Assembly: GCA_951406725.2 (NCBI GenBank)
Contig: OX597819.1
Span: 89,404,001 to 89,468,000 of the forward strand
Direction: 5' to 3'
Origin: Octopus vulgaris
Lineage: Eukaryota
Length of the DNA: 64,000 bases
Shown here: positions 52,895 through 64,000 of the stretch, in pieces
How positions within the stretch are numbered: the first letter of the stretch is position 1
Layout of the letters: the number at the start of each line of letters is the position of its first letter
Notes under the pieces: generated by a model
Told to the model about the DNA's origin: nothing
The model's database searches: none
What the model saw: the letters and a program-made list of their open reading frames with translations, nothing else
Made by a program: the position numbers and the translations under genes

Positions 52895-53203
52895 AAGTAA
52901 AGACCTCCTTCGATCATGAATGACTATGGAATTGCACCTAGAATGTTCCCCTCTGAGGTACAATTCTGGGCAAGGTTATTTATGGAAGACCAGTCTTCCT
53001 TCTCCACACCACTGATGTTATCCAAGGGAAAGGCAAAGGTCAATTCAGTTTGGCACCAGTGATGTCGCAACTCATTTTTACAGCTGAGTGAACTGGAGCA
53101 ATGTGAAATAAAGTTTCTTGCTCAAGAACACAACACACTGCCTGGTCCAGGAATCAAACTCACCACCTCATTATTGTGAACCTAACACTAACCACTAAGC
53201 CAT
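52895..53203 (-). mobile_element. tRNA-derived SINE sharing head/core with the 22750 family, different tail
   Basis: Minus strand TGGCTTAGTGGTTAG...GTTTGATTCC...TTCTTGAGCAAGAAAC...TTGCTCCAGTTCACTCAGCTG. Confidence 0.65.
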
Positions 53204-53934
53204 AATTCTAAAAATTTAACATGGTTTTTTTAACCTTGAATGGTTAGAAGGATCCACCTGAGTAAAATAGCCATCAAATGAATCCACAGGTAAAAAATGA
53301 TTGAAAAGCACCAATTTAGATTTTTAAAAAAATTATGTTGATAAAAGCAGTCTTTTATTTACTTTGAGTTTTCAAAATGAAATAATCTTTTGAAAGATTT
53401 CCTTGAAAATGCGCTCCAGTTATTCCTCACTTTTCGCTCGTATATATTTCATATTGTCACTGTTACTATAAAGTTCACTGACAGTCAGCCTGATTACGAG
53501 ATGATATATTAGCAGCAGAATGGTCAATCTGATTGTTAGGCATGCATAGGAACAGTGGGGTGCTTGGTTCCTTGTTGAAGTCATGTAATACCTGTGCAGT
53601 ATTATTTGAGTAGTGTTTACATTTTCAGGAATAAAATTACGCTCATCATTTTTCAAATTCTACATTGCATTCGACAAATGTTTGTGTCGTGCATGGGAAA
53701 TGAAAAGAGGTTCACCTACCCTCCTCTCTCGTCTGCGCCCGTCTTGTAGTAGTTGATCCGGCGAGCCTGCACTACTCCTTCATTTCACGTTACTCCTGTC
53801 CACTCAGCTGGCAAAAATGAGTAACGCTGTGATGGACTGGCGTCCCATCCAGCTGGGGAACACATAATCCACGGAAAACAGGAAACCGGGCTCATGAGCT
53901 GGCTAGACTTTAAAAAGGGCGTATTTATTATTTT

Positions 53935-55202
53935 AATAGTTTGAATAAAAGGTCATTTAGTGAATTTGATCAGAAGAATAACCAATTATTTAACAAGACT
54001 GACGTTTTTTTTATTTTCATTGATGGATCTTGCAACTTGTCTCTCCGTGTTACACCATTAGTTTGATACAACTTGTCCAATCATTCAATCTTTATTTTAC
54101 AGTTTTGATAATGAGTGATGAAAAAATTGCATTTAAAGCCTTTTTACGTTACCTGTGGAAAAAAAAGGGCTGAATGCAAGAGCAGCAGTAAAAGAAATTA
54201 ATGATATGGTAGGCCCAAGAACTGTTCAACGAACATGTGACACGAAACTAGTTTAGACGTTTCAAAGATGGTGATACCATCCTTGAAGACAAGCCAAGGT
54301 CAGGGAGACTTTCTGTTGTGGAAAATGAGGCCTTGTTTGAAATGGTTGAACAACGCACAAGCAAAAGCACTCGCACATTGTCGGCAGAACTTGGTTCTTC
54401 ACAAAGCACCATCAATCAAAACATCCATAAATTCGTCCTTGCGAAGTTCTTCATGAACTAACCAATAGCTAGGTTCAATGATGTGTGAACATTTGCAAAC
54501 AACAGCTGGCTAATCCACAAGATGTTTATTTTTGGCACTGAATTATAACTGGGGATGAAAAATGGATCTATTTTCGTAATTCAAAAAAGAAAAGTCAATG
54601 GCTGCGTTCCACTTAGGTTTCAGAACCTGTTGTCAATCGAGGATAGCTAGAACAGAAAGTCATGTTGTGTATTTGGTGGGATTTTGAGAAGTTGTCGCAA
54701 ATTTGAGCTTGTCCCAGATGGTCATGATGTGAACACTAACCATTATGCTCAACAGATGCAGCGAGTATGAGATGCTTTGTAAGCTCGCTACCCGGCATTG
54801 ATCAATCGAAAATGCGCGCTTCTGCAACATGACAATGCTCCAGTACACAATAAATATGACCAAGCGCAATCTCGAAGAACTTAAGGGGCTGGAAATGCTG
54901 CCTCACTCTGCATACAGTCCAGATCTTACACCATCAGTTTACCACCTTTCCCGAGCCATGGCTCATGTCTTGATCAACAATGTGAATGAGGTTGAAAACG
55001 ACTGCAGGGAGGTTCTTTTTTTTTTTTTGCCTCTAAACCAGTCAAACGCTTAAAGCGTGGAATTAAGCTCCTGGCACAACGATTGCAACAGGTGATATAA
55101 TATGTGGGATATATTTTGATGAATAAACAGTTTTTGTATGTAATTTGTTTCAACTATTAATCAAGGCTTAAAATACGAAATACCTTTAAACTCAACCTGG
55201 TA
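53935..55202 (+). mobile_element. mariner transposon, degenerate
   Basis: MSDEKIAFKAFLRYLW, IITGDEKWIYFRN, LLQHDNAPVH, HSAYSPDLTPSVYHL. Confidence 0.85.
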
Positions 55203-55584
55203 TTTTTAGCATTAATTTTAAAGATTATTCATCGTGTACTCTATAAATTCTTTCCCACTCCAAATATGCGGTCGCTCTCGTTAAGGATATGTATGTATGT
55301 ATGTGTGTGTGTATGTATGTATGTATGTATGTATGTATGTATGTATGTATGTATGTATGTATGTATGTATGTATGTATGTATGTATGTATGTGTTTATGG
55401 ATGGATGGATGGATGAACAGACGGACAGATGGATAGATGGATGGTTAGATGAAGAGATGGATGTAGTTTTCGATGTCACGAGTAATTTTGTACCTATCTT
55501 TCCTGTATTGGATTGGTGCTTCGGAAATATCTAATCAAATTGAATTAAAATATTATTTTGTAACCGAACTTCTTAACTATTTTT

Positions 55585-55893
55585 GTTATTGTTTGTTCCT
55601 TCCCGAGCCACGCCTGGCTCATAAGGGCCAGTTTCCCGGTTTCCTTGGCATATAGGTTCCCCACCTGGACGGGACGCCAGTCCGTCGCAGGTGAGCTGCA
55701 AGATGCAGGAGGAAAGAGCGAGAGAAAGTTGTGGCGAAAGAGTCAGCAGAAGTTCGCCATTACCTTCTGCCGGAGCCGCGTGGAGCTTAAGTGTTTCACT
55801 CATAAACACACACATCGCCCGGTCTGAGATTCAAACCCACGATCCCTCGACCGCCAGTCCGCTGCTCTAACCACTAGGCTATGTGCTTCCACT
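55585..55893 (-). mobile_element. SINE with V-domain-like segment
   Basis: Minus strand CCTAGTGGTTAGAGC...GGTTTGAATCTC, CCTGCGACGGACTGGCGTCCCGTCCAGG. Confidence 0.7.
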
Positions 55894-55984
55894 CTTAACT
55901 ATTTACAACATCATCTCTTACTAGAATTGATATGTTGCAGTTGCTTCAGAAATAATGATATGGAGAATAGTATAAGTGAAAATT

Positions 55985-56901
55985 ATGTAAGATTATACTG
56001 GACTGTCAGTTGAATTCGTTCATTTGTTTTTTTTTCAATTTATTTTATTCTTTAACGATTTTAACAAATCCGTCAATAATATATTCTCCTTCATTGTTCA
56101 CGACTTCATGCCAAAGTTCCACGAGCTTGCCAATTCCTTGTCAATAGAAATCATTGGGTTTTGACTCGAAGAAACCATCAAGTCACGATTTTAGTTCTAC
56201 TACGTCGTTGTTGAACGAAATGCCCTGAAAACTTGTAGAGCGATCGAAAAAGATGATCATCTGAAGGCAAGAGAATACGGTGGGTGCGGTAGAACTTCGC
56301 AACCGAGCTCTTGAATAGCATTTGCAGCCAAATTGGTGACGTGAGGTTGAGCGTTGCCGTGTTGAAGAAGCACGTCACGTAGCTGGTCAGATTGTTTCAG
56401 CTGAATTGCCCATCAAGTGAAGATAATGGGCAACGTTATCATGAGAGCATCCCATTTGCTAGACCCGTTTCCTAATGGATTGATGCGGATCCTCGTTGGA
56501 CGAACTCATTCAATCAATCTTCATTGAACTGAACCTGTTGGCCGGATTGCAGAGAATCTGTGAGGTTGAACTTCCGATCCTCGAAACGTGAAAACCAACT
56601 CTGTGCAGTTCTTTCAGTGATAGTGCATTCCCCGTATACGCCACTGTGACTTTGGCAGCTTTGAAAACTTGACTAAAAGTGAAGAGTTGCAGGCATTGAA
56701 AATGCTTGTTTTTCTAATTGGCACTTCTTTGTCATATATCTGAAGAGAGATAAAATTTATTCAAATTTCAAAAACGATAAACAAAAGTTGTAGAAGGAAG
56801 AACAGAGTTACAAGAAGCCATGAAATACTATGATAAAAATATTTTTGTGTTAATTCAAATAACATTGGAAAGAAGTGAATAAATTTATCTCACAACCTAA
56901 T
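55985..56901 (-). mobile_element. mariner transposon, degenerate and internally deleted
   Basis: HTH remnant VYGECTITERTAQSWFSRFE; end ATCTCACAACCTAATA resembles a mariner TIR. Confidence 0.65.
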
Positions 56902-58479
56902 AAATAATGAAAATAAAAATTGAATGATAATTCTTCAGCCTAAGGTTAAGTAAAACAAAATAACTATGATTCTCTCGTATGAGAAACAAGATAGATTAAT
57001 AGCTCGTGTAGTGACACATTATAGGCGCTAATTTGAGTTGATGAAAAATCCAGGGGGCACATTGGTATAATGAATAACACAGTTGTCCAGATTGCAACAA
57101 AACAGATGCGTAATTCGATTCTCGTTGTTGGTACTGTGCATAATTTTTCTTCTGATGGATTCATACTTGTAAAGTGTCTAATTAATTTAAAGAAAATTTC
57201 ATAATAAAAGAAATCTTAATCTTTTACTATATCATTCATTCAATATTATACTACTTCTAATAATAATAGTGGTTGTTTCAAATATTGGCACAAGACCAAC
57301 AAATTTTAGAGGGAGAAGCTTCGTCAATTACATCGACTCTGGTACTTGAATGGTACATTATTTTATCGAATCTAAAAAGATGAAAGGTTAAGTTAGCCTC
57401 GGCGGGGTTTGAACTTAAAACGTAAAGAATTGAAAAAATGCAGCTAAATATTTTATACGACATGTTAAAGATTCTGCTAGCTCACCACCTAAATAATCTA
57501 TTATAAAGCTGCAAAACGAATTAGCATGAATCGTGTAACTTTTACTAAAAGGAAGCAATTATTAAAGTCTACACTGTCTAGAAGCTACAAACGAATTAGT
57601 GTGAAATATGTAACTTTTACTAAAAGGAAGCAATTATTAAAGTCTGCACTACCTAGAAAATTCTTATAAATTCCCACTTAATATATTTCTTATTATCAAA
57701 ATGTGGTTTTCAGAATTCTTTTGTTATTAAAGACTTCGACTTCACGATTCAGTCATAAAAATAACTTTTATTCCCTACGACATACTCATCTTACACTGCA
57801 AGATAGTACCTTTTAACGTCAATTTTAATATTTCCTCTGGAAATAAAAAAGATTGCCCAAATCTTTGCAATGCTTCTTTTTAACAGACATATCACTAAAA
57901 ACATTCTCAAAAATTATAAGTTTGATTCAATGTCAGCCACATTATGTCAATTCCAATCCCCTTTCATATTTGTTAGGTGTTGTAGAGAAAATAGAAAGCT
58001 GAATAAGAAAAGTAGTTTTGATTTACTTATGTCAATTGAACCAAATACAAACATTTTTCTCATTTTTTTCAACTAAAGTAATTCTCTCTGAATTTGTTTC
58101 CTCATAGCTTTCTGAAAAAGGGATTTTTTAAAAGAAATTTTCTTCAAATATGTTTCAGATAGTGTAGATTACAATTATATTGAGATTTGTTGTGAAAAGC
58201 TTTTTTGGAGCGGGTGGTGGGGGTGGGGGTGGTGGTTAGGATTTGTTTCTTCAATACTTTCAGAAAAATGGGCATTTTTTAATGAAATTTTCTGCAAGTA
58301 CCTTAAAATTATATCTGAATTTGTCAGGAAAAACTTTCTCGTTTTGATGATGTAGGTTACAGTTAGGTTGAAAAAAAAGCTACTTTCAAGGACAAGCACA
58401 GACACAAAGACACAGGCAACACACACACACACACACACACACCCATATCTATTCCTCTATCTGTCTCTCTGCATATATA

Positions 58480-58801
58480 TATATCAAAAACAGTCATGAC
58501 TGAATGTATGTTGTGAACTGAAAGAATAGTTGGCAGTTGGTCTGGACCTTTTTATGAAGGTCATCACTATCGACAAAAGCTGGTGCTATGAAACTTGCAG
58601 AAGTGGAAGAGGTGAATAACCACAGAGGCGTTAAAAAGCATCACTTAGCAAGAATTCCAGCACTCATTCGAACAGTGGAAAACATGACTGGATCAATGCT
58701 TTACTTTAATTGGAGAATACTATGAAGGCAATAAAAGTGTAAACATGTGAAACTAAGGCAAGAAAATAATATTGCAAAATTCCAGTTTCTTTTGGGTACC
58801 C

Positions 58802-58808
<7 letters not shown>
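58480..58808 (+). mobile_element. mariner deletion derivative
   Basis: VITIDKSWCY and FEQWK...GEYYEG remnants. Confidence 0.45.
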
Positions 58809-58837
<29 letters not shown>

Positions 58838-58862
58838 TTTATTTAAAGCAGCAGAAAATTCA

Positions 58863-58914
58863 ACAAAATCTGTTACTCTGAGTTTCTCGTTGCCGTTCAT
58901 CAGACAGTTTTTGC
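58863..58914 (-). ncRNA. mirror-image hammerhead motif on minus strand
   Basis: Reverse complement of the palindrome's left arm gives the same core. Confidence 0.7.
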
Positions 58915-58924
58915 TAGAATTCTA

Positions 58925-58976
58925 GCAAAAACTGTCTGATGAACGGCAACGAGAAACTCAGAGTAACAGATTTTGC
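58925..58976 (+). ncRNA. type I hammerhead ribozyme motif with intact core
   Basis: GCAAAA-A-CTGT CTGATGA A CG GCAA CG A GAAA CTC A GAG TA ACAG-A-TTTTGC; cleavage triplet GTA at 58963-58965. Confidence 0.75.
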
Positions 58977-59071
58977 TGAATTTTCTGCTGCTTTAAATAC
59001 AGCATATTACTCTACCACTGGTATTTGAGTACTCTTTTTTCCACCTTGTTTCACATTTATGTGTTTACTCC

Positions 59072-59141
<70 letters not shown>

Positions 59142-59653
59142 TGTATCATTGTCATCATCATTTTTATATCCACTTTTCCATGCTCACATGGTTGAATGGA
59201 ATTTTGTTGAGGCAGATTTTCTACAGCCAGATGCTGATCCTGTTGTCAAGTAAGGTAAAATTTTCCTATAACCAGATGTTTCCATGGAAAATTTCGAATG
59301 AAGACACCTCTCTCATGATGTTGACATTTATATACAACTATAACATGATGTCAAGCCAAGGAGATAGAGACACATCATCATCATCATCATTGTTTAACGT
59401 TCACCTTCTATGCTAGCATGACACACACATACATATGAACACACACATACACATACAAACACACACACATACAGATATATGCACATAAAACAGGCTTCAT
59501 TAAGTTTCTGTCTACTAAATCCAGTCAAAAGGATTGATTTGGTTCTATAGCACAAGACAAAGGTGGTACACAGGGAGAATTGAAACCAGAACCATGTGAT
59601 TGGGAAGCAAGCTTCTTACCACACAGCCAAGCCTGCTCCTACATCATATATAC

Positions 59654-59767
<114 letters not shown>

Positions 59768-59907
59768 GAGAGAGAGAGAGAGAGATAGAGTGAAAGTGAG
59801 AAAGAGAGAGAGTGCCTCTGTCTGAATGCATTGCTGTATTCATGTCTTTTGTTTATGGCTGTTGTTATTTAAATATTTGAGCTATGTTCTTTTATGTTGC
59901 TTTGATA

Positions 59908-59968
<61 letters not shown>

Positions 59969-60291
59969 ATAAATTTGGTACCAACAAGTCCTTGGGTCAA
60001 TATGATTCTCTTTACACCCGAAGGCATTGCTTGACCAAAGTGGTAGTCCAATAACTGAAATTAGAAACAAAAATAATGAATTAAAGATTATAAAAAGACA
60101 GGATGGTCACTGCTGGAATGCGCTTCATCAAAGAGCTGCTCTCAATCAGGCTTGACCTGGGCTAAACAACAACTGCAGCAAACCAACCAAACAGCTATTG
60201 TCACATTTTCATGGCACTTTAAGACATACACAGTGATTTTACTGTCGTCGCTAATGCCAACATCTGACATTTCAGTGCTACATAGAATGCA

Positions 60292-60910
<619 letters not shown>

Positions 60911-61258
60911 GTGTGCGTTCAGCCTACTTGAGCAATGTTGAGAAAAGGACATCAAAAGAGAAAAGTTGTAAGTTATTTAATTTCATTGTCCTGGTGACAC
61001 AAGTCTCTCAGATGGTAAGAGCGATATCTAATCAATGTTTGCTTTACATCTTGCTGTGTTTATTGTTTTGTGCTTTGTTAGGACAACTAAAGACACATAG
61101 AGACCTTTGTAATTTGATTTTAAGCTATTGTATCTTACTGAATCAATCTTTAACGGGATTTAGAAATGATGGAGAGTATAACAACAGTGTAAGTAATTTA
61201 TTACTCTATAAGTTATAAGGTAGTTATCACATTGTAAGTTATTACTATTATTATTATC

Positions 61259-61315
<57 letters not shown>

Positions 61316-61819
61316 GGCAGCAACCTGGCAGAATCATTATCATGCAGGGCTAAATGCTTGCTAGCATTTTGTCTGTCTTCACATTCTGGGTCAACTAAGG
61401 TTAACTTTGCATTTCAGCATATGGGGGGGGGGGGTCAATAAAATAAGTACCAGTTGAACACTGGGGTCGATGTAATCAGCTTACCTCCTCCTCCCACAAA
61501 AATGCTGGCCTTGTGCCAAAATTTGAAACCATCATCATCATACTTACATGGGTCAGATGGAATTTGCTGAGGTAGATTTTCTCTTGCTGGGTCCCCTTTC
61601 TCTCACTCATTTCCAAGCAAAGTAATATCGGACCCATGGACAGATATGTTTATCTATGGGAAACTGGAAAGGAACATTGCTTGTATGATGGTGATGCTCA
61701 TTTGCAACCATCGTGTGATGTCAGGACACACATACACACACACACACACACACACGTACACACATATGCATATACACACACACATGCAAACACATACACA
61801 CACATACCTGCACATACAT

Positions 61820-62420
61820 CATCATCATCATCATCATTGTTTAACATCCACTTTCCATGCTGGCATGGGTTGGATGGTTTGACTGAGGACTGGTGAACCA
61901 GATGGCTGCACCAGGCTCCAATCTGATCTGGCAGAGTTTCTACAGCTGGATGCTCTTCCTGACGCCAACCACTCTGAGAGTGTAGTGGGTGCTTTTACAT
62001 GCCACTGGCACGAGGGCCAGTCAGGAGGTACTGGCAATGGCCACACTCAATTGGTGTTTTTACATGTCACCAGCACAGGAGCCAGTCCAGCGGCACTGGC
62101 AACACCCTCGTTTGAATGTTGTTTTTCATGTACCACTGGCACAAGTGCTAGTAAGGCTATACTGGTAATGATCATGGTCGAATGGTGCTTTTTACATGTC
62201 ACTGGCACGGGGGCCAGTCGGCGGCCCTGGCAACGATCACACTTGGATGGTGCTCTTAGAGTTCCACTAGCATGGATGCCAGTCATGTGGTGCTGTCATC
62301 GAATTTGATTTCAATTTCCCTTCCCTCAACAGGTTTTTGCAAGCAGAGTTTAGTGTCCAATGAAAGAAAGGTATGCCTAAGTGGGCTGATTACACCACTG
62401 GCATAGACCACGAGTTACGG
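61820..62420 (-). mobile_element. RTE-related non-autonomous retroelement with (GAT)n tail and internal ~65-bp tandem repeats
   Basis: Minus strand GGTTGGCGTCAGGAAGAGCATCCAGCTGTAGAAAC (RTE 5'-UTR-like); tail also seen at ~40390-40445 and ~59375-59420. Confidence 0.6.
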
Positions 62421-62693
62421 TCTCAACACAACAGGCAACTTTCAGTTTCAATCTACCAAATACAGCCACAATGTTTTGGCTGGCCCTCACCTGTACTAGA
62501 AGACACTTGTCCAAGGTGCCACATGGTGGGACTGAACATTAAACCATGTGGTTGGGAAACAAGCTTCTCATCAACACATCCATGGTTTAAAATTTTTAAA
62601 CTTGTCCTATCATCATGGTGAATAAATAAGACTAATATGAATGCAAACTCCTTTTTTTGTCTTCTCACTGTTAAAGAAAATAGACACAGAATG

Positions 62694-62973
62694 CAGACAT
62701 TTCTCCCTAATATTTTGGCAGGGTAGGATGAAGATAGCATTTGTCAGTTTGAAAATTACTGATCAAATTATCTGTACTCATTCGATTTAAGGCTTTGTAC
62801 TTAAGTTTTTGTACTCTCTTTCTTCTCTTCTCATTAATAAAGAATTCAGACATGGTATACAGACATTTCTCCCTAATATTTTGGCAGGGTAGGATGAAGA
62901 TGGCATTTGTCAGTTTGAAAATTACTGATTAAACTATCTGTACTCATTTACTAAATTTAAGGCCTTGTACTTA
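62694..62973. repeat. local ~110-bp direct duplication
   Basis: CAGACATTTCTCCCTAATATTTTGGCAGGGTAGGATGAAGAT... at 62694 and 62860. Confidence 0.85.
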
Positions 62974-64000
62974 TGTTAGAGGTCAATATTTCCAGTGATG
63001 TAATTCATACGATATCATATAGAACATTATGTGATACAACTTTTATTAGGATGCTGCATATCACAATATCATAGAATATGGTATGAAAAATACCTCTTAA
63101 TCTTAATGTTTGTTGGCTGATTCACTGTCAAAGGCTTCATCTTTGAATAGCGTGTTGAGAGCAAGTTAACTTGGACAGGGCCTCTTTGTCTTCAGAAGAC
63201 AGATTACTTGATGCAAATTTGTATTCATGTGTCGAAGCAGGGAATAAAGAGAAGGTGATTTAACTGAGAATAAGATTCCTGCATCCAGGCTCATTTTTCC
63301 ACTCTTGATAATATTCACAGTATATTCTTAGATGATGATGGTGTGTGGCATTTATAAGCTGATAAAATATGATATCTCTCAACATTGCTGAAGTAAGCTG
63401 ACTGTATAAACACACACATAAACATACACACACACATACACACACACACACATACACACACATGCACGTGAACACACACATGTGCACACACTCATACATA
63501 CACATACACACATGCACATACACACATGCACATATATGCACACACACATGCACAAACACACACATACACACACATGCATACACACATGAACACACATGAA
63601 CACAAACACACATGCACACACACACACACATGCACACTCACTCACTCACACACACATATATATACATATATATACAAGCACACATATATGTATGTATATA
63701 TGTATACATACATTTTGATATTTCTATTACTTTTATCTTTGACTTGTTTCTGTGCATTCTTTTATTAGACTATGGATTCACTTTCAAGTAGTGCAATCCA
63801 TATCAACCCAAGTATTTATGCTATTTGTCGAACTGCTAAGTTATAGCACATAAATTAGATGGTAGTTATATCATAAACTATGTATGACTTCATGTGGCAT
63901 GGCATGATGCTCTTAATGTTGTTGTTTAGCCCCAGGTCAAACCAGATCATATAGACCAGGGATCGCCAAAGAGGGTCTGAGGGATCCCATATGGGTCGGT

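Larger units (their letters stand above)
58840..58999. repeat. 160-bp palindrome (80-bp arms, one mismatch, no spacer) in a (TA)n-flanked insert
   Basis: Symmetric about GAA|TTC at 58919/58920. Confidence 0.95.

Noticed and set aside
53935-55202. SETMAR-like gene
   Set aside because: No SET domain; only a decayed mariner transposase
61988-62300. CRISPR-like repeat/spacer appearance
   Set aside because: Whole units are homologous, with no unique spacers; no cas genes; eukaryotic retroelement context
63090-63330. Possible minus-strand exon ending at AG|GTATTT
   Set aside because: Stops in all frames examined and no homology recognised; a UTR or lncRNA exon cannot be excluded without RNA-seq

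Overview
AT-rich eukaryotic DNA, almost entirely repetitive, with no supportable host protein-coding exon. The SINE families and extreme microsatellite density suggest a cephalopod (octopus-like) genome; this is inference only. Degenerate DNA transposons: a hAT/Buster element and MITEs, three to four mariners, a TIR-complete DD37D maT element, and a Helitron with both termini. Other retroelements: a Ty3/Gypsy element nested in a Tx1 LINE, many R4/Dong-type and HERO-type restriction-like-endonuclease LINE fragments, and several tRNA-derived SINE families. The most interesting signal is a Penelope-like retroelement (RT plus C-terminal GIY-YIG, Naiad-like) at ~41.5-44.05 kb. Its ~708-aa ORF is broken only by three single-base deletions in short homopolymers, and it has a hammerhead-like motif in its 3' tail. 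Around it is a set of short, mostly palindromic elements embedded in (TA)n or (TAA)n that carry hammerhead-ribozyme motifs, including a near-perfect 160-bp hairpin with a hammerhead on each strand and a tRNA-headed element with a hammerhead. Retroelement families appear to partition microsatellite types ((TAA)n, (TACA)n, (TA)n). Most short ORFs in the track are translated microsatellites. All family calls rest on motif recognition by eye; no database search was run.
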